From Gonapodya sp. JEL0774 (lineage: Eukaryota): a stretch of 20,000 nucleotides of DNA. The position numbers and the translations under genes are program-made. The notes under the pieces are model-generated. The model saw nothing but the letters and a program-made list of their open reading frames with translations. It was not told where the DNA came from and did no database searches. The stretch spans positions 53,808-73,807 of the forward strand of contig JADIIX010000106.1 in the NCBI GenBank assembly GCA_027604505.1, in the 5' to 3' direction. Positions 11,280-20,000 of the stretch are shown here, in pieces; positions within the stretch are counted from its first letter, which is position 1, and each line of letters begins with the position of its first letter.

Positions 11280-13664
11280 TCACCGTCCCATTTTTGTCAC
11301 ACGGGCTGGCATGAGGCCCGCTGCATCATCGTCAGTGTCAGCGTCGGATGTACCAGCTGTAGTGCTGGATTCGTACCCGCTGCCCTCTCTCATTCGAGTG
11401 AGCTCCCGATGTGCCACGGGGGGTGGTGGTCTGCGAGATGCCGCTGCTCCTACACCGACCGAGGACATTCGTTGAGGTGGGATGACACGATTCACGCCGG
11501 CGTTAGGGTTCAAGTCGACAACAGGAGGCACAACGGCAGTGCTTTGACCGCGAGGAGGAATTGTCCAGGGTGGGACGGCCTGTGGAACCGTAGTTTCGGG
11601 GAAGTACTCAGAGTCCTCGCTCCGGCGTTCACCCGTGACGAGCGGAACATTCACGCCGTTCTCGTTCTCAAAACTCCTACGATAATTTCGAATGTCCGAG
11701 ATAGTGGGGAGAGCAGGTCGCGAGTTGTTCAAAGGTCGGCTTCCTCCCCATGCTTCGTCGTCCGACGATCCACCGTATGTGGAGATGCTCGGCGCGAGCG
11801 AAGAGCCACGAGGCACAGGGGTCCCAATATACGTTCCCTCTGCATCGCTGCTCTCGCCCCCGGAGTGGTTGTCCTTGACAAGAGCGATCTTCTTCGGCGG
11901 TGGGAGTAGAAAGTTTGGCGGCTGCTGGAACTTCCACCGCAGCGTACTGGTCATCTCTCCTTCGGTATGCTCCATTTCGCTCCACCTGCCACTCGCACTA
12001 TCAGCCAATCGGGAGCTGGAATCATCGTCTGCGATACGCTCCCGGGCGGCGGAGATCCGAGCCTCCTTTTTGATGTTTTTGATGTACAGGATGGGTAGGA
12101 TAGCGACGGCAATCAGAACCACCGCCCCACACCCAATGCCGATGGAAATGAAAGCAATGTGGCTAACGTCTACAATGAGAAGGAAGGGGTGCAACACATA
12201 TTTCAGTGTGTCAGCGAATCAGGAGCACCCCCATCAGTCCACTCACTTTCGCTGTTCGCAAGGGTCTCTTTAGCGACTTGGACATTCTCCATCGCCGCTG
12301 GCGAATTGGCGTTCGTGATGTCCCCCGTGATGGTCTCCACGGTACACACGCTACGGTTGCTTTGCGCTGTCGATGCTCCGGACGCAGAAGCGGTGGCCGT
12401 GGCGGTGGTCGTGTTCGTCGACAAGGCTTTCGCGCAACGTCGGTTATAGCCAGATGGGTTCGTGGAGTTGAAAAACAGGCGGAAGGATTGGACGAGGAGG
12501 AAGGAGTCGTTGGTTGGGGGACCTTGGTCCCATCCTTGCTGATGTGGGGAGATTGTCAAAAGTCGATTTCAAATGCAGCTGTGCCAGCAAGGTCCTGATT
12601 AAGACAAGAACTCACCAGACCTTTCGACCAGTGATTCCAAATGACGATTCCCTCCTTTGAGGGCTGGTTGGTGCTCAAACTGAGTATGTATTTGCCATTT
12701 GTGAAAAACTGATTATTTTGGGGAAATGCACAGTCGCGGCGTGAGAAGCATTTCATTGCCAACGTTTGGTTGGACGGGGACACTTACGTCTGTCGCATTG
12801 GGCAGCCAGTCGAACCGGTACTCATTGTAGTCTAGGCTGGGGTTGAATCCAACGTCGGGAGTTTGAAGAGAGAGAGGAGAGGGGATTGTTGTGTTTTCGA
12901 TGTACACCATTTCGTGCTGAGGTGTGGGTTGTGAGCCACATTTAGAGTTGCGAAATGAAGGCGGCACTATTCCGTGGGATGCGTCGAATTTGCCATCCCT
13001 GATGTGTTGTCTCACCTGCACAAAGTTGACTTTTTGGTCTGCTGCCTGGACCGAGAGAATTTCTATATCAACTTCGTTGGTCCTGTTTCCACTGCGACAC
13101 AGTTGTGGAGTCCGGTACCGAAGAGATCGACACAAGCGCCAAGACATCAGAAATCACAGCAGGCTACATTAGCAGGAGGAGTTTGTAACATCACGGTGTG
13201 GTTCACAGGACTCACTAGTGGAAGAATCCAGCGCAGGTACCCAAGTTCGCAGTGGTCTTCAGCGTGGACCGAAACGTCCCGTATTTTATATCGTTCCGCA
13301 TCGTCGTGACTTCACCTCCGAGAATGTATGGGGGTTGTATGGCTGCCTGAACACGAATAGCAAGTTCCGTGCCCAGAATCATGACGTTGCTCTTCGTATT
13401 TTGAATCTGATAGGGCGAAGCTACCCCCGCAACACCACTGTCGTTGGGAAGTTGGTTTTCTGTGATTCTCAGGTCGCTGGTGGCATTGAAGGTGTAGTTC
13501 CTGAACGACGACAGGGCAAGGGCTTCTTGCCAAACGCGTCCCAGTTCGTCCACGTATCCGCATTCACAGTCCGCCCGCGCCAGACTGTTGTTGAGCAGCG
13601 AGAGAACGGAAAGAGTCACTATCGAAAGGAGGAAGGGGCCAAGCCGTCCGGCAAATGCTGGCAT
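11280..13664 (-). CDS. Single-pass (type I) membrane glycoside hydrolase family 16 protein, about 642 aa
   Basis: Exons 13664-13216, 13091-13016, 12916-12788, 12708-12616, 12538-12247 and 12169-11280. Signal peptide followed by DCECGY, IKYGTFR, GTCAGFFHY, catalytic EVDIE (13061-13075), EYRFDWLP and WNHWSKG..W..GPP. Then a Thr/Ala/Ser linker, a TM helix (IAFISIGIGCGAVVLIAVAILPILYI) followed by KNIKK, and a long S/P/R-rich tail. Confidence 0.88.
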
Positions 13665-14175
13665 TGTGCGAGAGCGAATGGAGATGAGTGCTGGAGCATC
13701 AGAGACCCGGAGCCCGCGAGAGCGCATCAAAGTAATCTGGCGCACTGAAACTAATCGGACTTCGCCGTTCGTTTTGGTCTGCTGTAGAATCTCAAGTTGG
13801 ATTTGGAATAGATTGCAGAAAGCCCTGGTCTCGTTTCTGGCTCGGCCGTCATCCTGACTTCAGCACCGTCCAGGGTTGCTGAGGGTCAAAGCCGGCAAAG
13901 CCCCAAAACCGAGGATCCAAAGTTTTTGTCTGCCATGAAAAAAAAAACACGATTCCGGGTATTTGTAGGGAAAATATTCTCGGGTATAGTACACATCTTG
14001 TAACAGCTCGAGAGTGCTTGCCCATTCCACATTCCCCCCCCCCTCCCCTTTCTCTAGTGTTTGAAACGACGACAAGCCACGCTGAACCTCAAACCTGCCC
14101 ACAGGTCCACGCCCTAAGCAAAACTCTCTTTAAGAGAAAAGCCGCGCTGAGTCGAAGAAGAATTGTTTTGTACAG

Positions 14176-15024
14176 TTACAGTTTTAACGGGGGAGGGGGG
14201 AAGAAAGACAGCTTTGCTCGACTTGCTGCTTTCATTGTGCGGCGGTCCACGTCCCACCCCGTTCCATCTTCGCCCATGGAGTTTCCACACCATGTCAGAA
14301 TCACGGGACGCCACCCTCTTGGGTGGTCCGCAACTTTGTCGCCGAGGGACTGTGCACCTTCTTTTCTCAATAAAAACACCTCCGAGAGAGAATGAGTCGC
14401 ATCTCACCATCAATTCGCATACTTCCGGCGTGAACTCCAGAAGGGTGTACGCTGTTCCATCAAGTCCCCCCTCGTAGACTGATAGTTGTTACCCGGAATG
14501 TTCTAATCCACACCCCTTCCTTTCAACATCAACTCACTGTGGTTGTAGTTATCCTCCCGTGCCTTGAACACCTCTATCCTCTTTGATTCATCCACCACCT
14601 CTACCACCTTTCCTTTCATTATCACCTGGGCTGTACTCGAATGGTCCCAGAAGCAAAACGTCGCCAATCCTCCGTTCCTTTTCACATCTTCAATCTTGCG
14701 TGACTCTCTATGCGTGGTGAACCGGAACTGCAGTCGAGCGGGGTTAGTCGGGGGTTGTAACGTGCTGACGATGCGCGCGGAGGGGAACGGCGATGTGTGC
14801 GTGGTTGTGACAAGAAAAGCCAGTCGCGTTGCAGAAATTATCCGAGTTGCTAGATCTAGGAGAGCTCCGGCTGTGAAAAACGGGGACTCACTGGGCGTTG
14901 AACGAGTGGAAGCTCGATCAAGTCTTACTCGAGGAACGTCAGTTCTTTGAATGACTTACTAGTCCAGCGGCGGATGCTCGACGGGAATGCGTTCTGCGAT
15001 GGGAATGCGTGTTCGGCTCGCCAT
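14176..15024 (-). CDS. Pyridoxamine 5'-phosphate oxidase-like FMN-binding split-barrel protein (general stress protein 26-like), about 220 aa
   Basis: Exons 15024-14960, 14890-14538, 14478-14408 and 14349-14176 keep frame. Reads RLAFLVT..PSARIV..FRFTTHRESRKIEDVKRN..TFCFWD..QVIMKGKV..YTLLEFTPEVCELM..GWRPVIL, a typical split-barrel pattern. The start lies close to the assembly gap. Confidence 0.72.
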
Positions 15025-15066
15025 GAATGATTCTCGAAAGATGAAAGTGTGTGTGTGTGGGAGGGG

Positions 15067-15075
15067 NNNNNNNNN
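15067..15075. other. Assembly gap (9 N)
   Basis: Run of N, preceded by a short (GT)n tract and followed by G/C homopolymer-rich sequence (about 15130-15200) that looks like a low-quality contig end. Confidence 0.95.
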
Positions 15076-15742
15076 AGCCAGCCTTGCCGGTGACGAAAGC
15101 ACCACCAGTGGCTGGGCCAAGCGGTGGTCCCCCTGTTCCCCCCCCCCCGCCCCCCCGCGCCGGGGGGGGCGGCGCCCCGGCCGGTCGGGGGCCGGCCGGC
15201 ATCTCATTTATGTAGAAGGGACATGAATCGCATCAGCAACGCAATATTGCAAGCCACCCAGTTCAGACTGTAGAGAATGCAAATTCCACTAAGTGGAAGG
15301 GGGCAAACTCGCTGCCGTTCGCGGCAGTTTAATATTTTCCAAATCTGGAAACTATTGGTTCGCTTTTCAGCTTTGCAACAGCACAAAGCATCAAACTGAA
15401 AAGAGAGGCAAAGCTTGCAAAAAAGAAAAAAGTGCGTTTGCTCGTGGGGAAAGTGCCCGCTTCCCGAGTGAAAAATCGGGGGAGTTGATATGTGCATTGA
15501 TCCAGAGATGTCTTTGCCACTGGTGTGGGGTCATGGATACCCACACGCGCAGGATCCCATAGTAAACGTTCCCAACTTCACAGAAAATCGACCGTGCAGG
15601 AAAAAGTGGAGCGGGAATCAACAGCGAAGTGCTAAGAGAGAAACAAGGGGAGCTTGAGGTGAGGAAGGAGTTGCTGGGGAGCGTGTGGGGCAGGTGGGAC
15701 AACAGGGGAACAGCGACTCGGGCTAGTGGGAGGCCTGTCCCC

Positions 15743-18673
15743 ATGAGCGGCGACGACAAGGACCATTCTCAGACGAAATTTCGATTCTATGCCGGTTTCG
15801 ACAAGGAGAAGAGTGTGGAGCTGCGTTGGAATCGTCCGTGTACCCACAGAGACCCGGAGCTCGCTTACACAGCCACTGATACCGCTGATACATTCTCAAA
15901 GACTCCAGTCGCCATCTGCTATTACATTAATCCCCGCTCAGTCGTCCCGCTAACACCGCAAAGATGATTCTCGGGGGCTCAGAAACGTCAACCTTCAGAC
16001 GAATGTTCAAGTTCACGGTCGTCATGTCCTTCTCGCTCCTGATGCTGGTTGTCGGGTACGTATTGACTGTCCTCCAAATGCTGCCCGCATTATACTGGAG
16101 CTCAGCCGACTCGATCCTTCTCAGTGCCGGCTACCTCTACTGGCGAATCCTCAACATGGTTGCTGCGAAATCCGCCAATCCACTCCCCTACTTCTTCCTT
16201 GCCCTCGAGGTCCTTCTTTACGTCTCCTCTATTCTTTGGCTCATTGGTGAGTATGTGAAGAGATGTGCCGGAACCCATGGGGGCGGCTCCTTTGTTGTTG
16301 AACTCGTTCTTCGGGATGGGGGGTGGTGAACGTTTCAACTTGCTCGAGCATCCATCACGGCGGCTCCACCACCTTGCTTTCAAACCTTGAAAATCGTTCC
16401 CATTTCACCTCACTGATCGCCAATTTGGTCCTGCCCGTCAGACCTCCTCTGGTCCGAACCACCCGACCGTTCCCAACCCCCTCCGCCTAAACGCTGGCCC
16501 ACCGTCGACATCCTCATCCCCTGTTGCACTGAGCCCGTAGAACTGATCAAGGATACCGTGAAAGCCGCTCTCGGCCAGGACTACCCTCGTGAATGTTTCA
16601 TGGTGCACATTTGTGACGACGGAGGAGACGATGTGCTGAGGGAATGGATTCAGAACGAGCTGATCAAGGACAGAGGATTGAACGTCAACTATATTCGTAG
16701 AGTCAAAATTAAGGGTGTCCCGCATCACTTCAAGGCAGGAAACATGGTGAGTGCTCACACCCCTGGGAATTGGGACCCGACGATGGCAGGATCCATAAAC
16801 ATGGTCATCGAAGCTCCAATCTTCCAACGAGACATGTGTGCGTGGCTTCTGCTCACGCGCATATCTGCGTAGAGTGAACGAATCGACAGAAGGAGAGCTC
16901 GCGGGTACATGCTTGGCACAAGCATCAAAGAGAACCAGTCATTTTCTCACCTCTCACACCCTCCGCCCCCAACTCCACTTAGAACCACGCACTCAGTGTT
17001 ACCGGCGGGGAATACGTGGCCGTCCTGGACTCAGACATGATCACATCACCCGACTTCCTCCTTACCCTCGTGCCATACCTGTACGAGCGCACTGACGTCG
17101 CGTTTGTGCAGAGCCCACAGGCTTACTACAACATTCCAGGTAAGCTTTCATTCGTGAAGCGAGGGCCGTTCGGCATGCCACGTGCATCGGGACTTGTTCA
17201 ACAACCTCACCTCACCGTCATCATTGCCACTTCCATCTAGCTGGCGACCCCCTCGCGCACTTCACCACCATGTTCTACGACATTATTATGCCCTGGCGTG
17301 ATGGTCGTGACTCAGCTCCTTGTGTCGGCACTGGCATGATTTTCCGACGCAAGGCGCTCGAGGATATTGGAGGCTTCTCCATCGGAACCATCACCGAGGA
17401 CTTCGACACCGCGATCGCATGCCAGAATAGAGGGTGGAAAACGATTTATGTGAACAAGAAGATGCAGTTTGGGTACGTTCCGTGATTGAACTTCCATTCT
17501 CAGGCGGCAACCTCATTCGTGTCTTGCCCGTCCCAACCTCAGCCTCGTTCCTGATACTCTCGATGCAACCCTGAAACAGCGCGAACGGTGGGGTGTCGGC
17601 ACCCTTCAAATCTTCTTCAAGCGCAACCCCCTCTTCATCAAAGGACAGCTCAAACTCCACCAGCGAATCATGTACTTCTCGGCCGGCATGTCGTACCTCT
17701 TACCCGTGGCACTTCTCTTGTTTATTATGCTTCCGTTCTTGACTATTATTTTCGATTGGCCTATTGTACCCGTGAGAGACGGAGAGACCAAGATTCTTAT
17801 GATGTTCTTGGGACCCTGGTTGCTCATGAACCGGTGAGCAGCATGAACAATTGTTACAGAGGTCCGTTTGCTGAAACAATCTTCTTCCATTTCCTATTAG
17901 TGTCCTCTTCTATTCTTTGTATTGGGGTCTGCCAGGTGGCTTCCAGGCCCGGAACCGTGACCCTCAGCTCTTTATCTGGATGTCACCGTATCTGTTTGTG
18001 GCGTTGTTAAAGTGTGAGTAAGCAGTGGGTGCGTGGGACCGAACCTCCCAAGAATTTGAAGGCGCACCGATCTGTCGCCACTGCAGATCTGTTCCCATAC
18101 CTCGAGACCACATTCAAGGTCACCAACTCGTCCAAAAACATGGAGGCGAAGAACACACTCTTCACTTTCAAAGGTTTCCGCACTGTGTGGTTCCATTTGC
18201 TCTACCTGTTGGCCAGTTTAGGGTTGTTTACCTGGAGGGTCTACGCAACTGATTGGGGCAAGTGTGATCAGCTTTTCAAACTGGGATTCCAGGCCATCTT
18301 CTTGCGTGAGTGAACGGTGACGGGACGTCATTGGGGTTTTCTGAACGTGATCTTGATGCACTCCTCCTCTCCATTCGTATCCCCCCATCACCTCTGCACT
18401 GCACGGTCAGTATACAACTGTCAAAACATGTGCCCCCCAGTTCTCTTTATGCTGAACCCCGTCTCCGTCGATCCCGACACCGTTCGCACCTACGACGAGT
18501 TTGGCATCCCACACGTTTCACAAGAGGCGTGCATTCCGCCAACCGGACGATGGATTTGGGTCCTCGAGATCGTCCCGCTTCTCCTCATTTTTGTCTGTAT
18601 GTTCGTTCTCGTGATGGAGGCCGCCTCGATCACGGACAAGGTCATCGGAGTACAATGTTCCGCGAAATTGTAG
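15743..18673 (+). CDS. Cellulose synthase-like processive GT2 beta-glycan synthase (BcsA/CesA/CelA-type), about 621 aa
   Basis: Exons 15743-15833 (tentative; an ATG at 15964 is the alternative start), 15983-16055, 16125-16246, 16442-16746, 16983-17139, 17241-17472, 17543-17833, 17901-18013, 18087-18305 and 18411-18673. N-terminal TMs with YLYWR, then WPTVDILIPCCTEP, QDYP, ICDDG, HFKAGNMN, VLDSD (DxD), FVQSPQ, CVGTG, TED, QRERW (17577-17591) and a gating-loop-like FKVT, plus C-terminal TMs. Confidence 0.93.
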
Positions 18674-19296
18674 TGTCGCGGATCAAGCGCGGCTGATTTA
18701 CATAGGTTTACACCTTCCGTTGCATGTTGGGGGCTACTTATACATGCGGAGACATGAGTTTGGCATTGTCAGGACGTGGCGCAAGACAGACTTGATATTT
18801 TGTAATTTCTGGTGGTTTTACAGTGGGACACGACACATTCGCATACTCTGATAATATACATCTCTAGACGTTGTGTAAAGCTGTTAGGAAGGGTCGAGGG
18901 GGAACTGGGTGGCACAGTCGCAGATGGACTCGGCGACGGGAGATCAGGACCACCATGCACACACACTGACCCGAATGATTATTCACAGGGCAGAACCGTG
19001 TGCATCTTCACGGGGAAAGACTGCCAGGTCTGTGTGAACGAGGGGCGTGTTCTGTCGACTTGTTACTGAACCTGATGGGACGGAGGTGCTGCATATGTTG
19101 TAGTGTCTATGTGAATCCTACAGAGGAGGGCGCGCCACCGTCGTTCACTTCACCCACACTGAATGTTCAGCATGATGTGAACAAGAGATACAGGAGCCAA
19201 ACACCTGAGGAGGAAGCTCAGGCCAGTGGGGAGTTTAGCAAGTTTGGCAATACTGCATTTGATGGACCTAAACGCCTCCCACAACATTATTCGTAT

Positions 19297-20000
19297 TCAT
19301 GTCTTTCTGCCTAGGACAAGAAATAACGTAATTTGAACGTCCCCTGCGAAACAGCCTTCTCGGTCAATCTTTTGGATCTTTCGCGCGCAAAAAACGTCAG
19401 GCCCCCTGATGGGTCTGATACCAGCTTCTTTGTCGATGTACAAAATGAAGTAATTTATGTGCCGAAACTGGGGACTTTCCTGCCACAAGGAACCTTTTTT
19501 CATTGTGTGTGTCCGAGGCAGAGTCGTGAAAATGCAAAGCCACTAGGCCACAGGACTTCGCTCCTGAGGTTCAAGTCAGGGGATCACCATAACCGCTTCA
19601 GAATTCTTTGCATTCCAGAATTCCTCGGTGATACAATGCCTGTAAATTTTCAGATGGTGCAGCTTTGTCTCATCAATTAATCAGTCGCTGACTGACGCAC
19701 CAATCCTGCTATCCTTGCCAAAGACGACAGATGCGAACAAACCAGATGAGAAGACATCTGCCGGTCTTTCACTTTCTCTGAGGACCATCATCATCTTACT
19801 CGTGTTTGCCAAGTACGTTGATCAGTTAATGGTAGAATATTCTTGCATCCATCTGAATTAGCGCTCTGACCCAAACCCTGATGTCTCCGATCGTTGGATA
19901 ATTCTTCCTCGAATCTTACTTTTCCGCCATTGAATCGTCAGCATTGCAATTGTCGCATCGATCATTGTTGCGATATCTTCAACAACAGCCACAAAGAACA
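19297..20000 (-). other. Possible 3' part of a spliced gene of unknown function, running in from beyond the window
   Basis: Minus-strand splice-like signals (GTAAGA near 19919, CTAATTCAG near 19853, GTGCGT near 19700, TTTACAG, TTGTGGCAG) and an open frame at the window edge (FFVAVVEDIATMIDATIAMLTIQWRK). No recognisable domain, and I could not build a unique exon chain. Confidence 0.2.

Noticed and set aside
11409..12598. Long plus-strand ORFs of 130-193 aa
   Set aside because: Antisense shadows of the GH16 exons with no independent protein features.
15120..15202. Extreme G/C runs (G-quadruplex-like; Pro/Gly-rich ORFs)
   Set aside because: Adjacent to an N gap and typical of low-quality contig-end sequence.
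19470..19482. Minus-strand GGAAAGTCCCC resembling RNase MRP CR-I; on the plus strand it reads as an NF-kB-like GGGACTTTCC
   Set aside because: No GARAR-loop hairpin follows and no suitably spaced GGGGCTYA CR-V is present. NF-kB is not expected in fungi. An Infernal search would settle it.
19701..19852. In-frame TGA (19822-19824, minus) in a possible exon, considered as selenocysteine
   Set aside because: There is no redox-motif context or recognisable SECIS, and another frame with a GTAAGA donor avoids the stop.

Overview
Gene-dense, intron-rich eukaryotic DNA, most likely fungal and possibly an early-diverging zoosporic lineage (inferred from gene content, GTRAGT-type donors and CTAAC branch points). 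The ORF track is mostly noise because every gene is spliced. I rebuilt eight GT-AG gene models by hand, each giving a continuous reading frame: mago nashi (+, 5' partial), trimethyllysine dioxygenase (+), a DUF1769-like protein (-), DDI1 (-), a type I Baeyer-Villiger monooxygenase (+), a membrane-anchored GH16 glycanase (-), a PNPOx-like split-barrel protein (-) and a BcsA/CesA-like processive GT2 synthase (+). The best candidate for an undescribed system is the cellulose-synthase-like gene lying about 2 kb from a single-pass membrane GH16 enzyme. The second is an unusually long (826 nt) mago intron whose two ends can form a nested long-range duplex. A 9-N assembly gap lies at 15067-15075.
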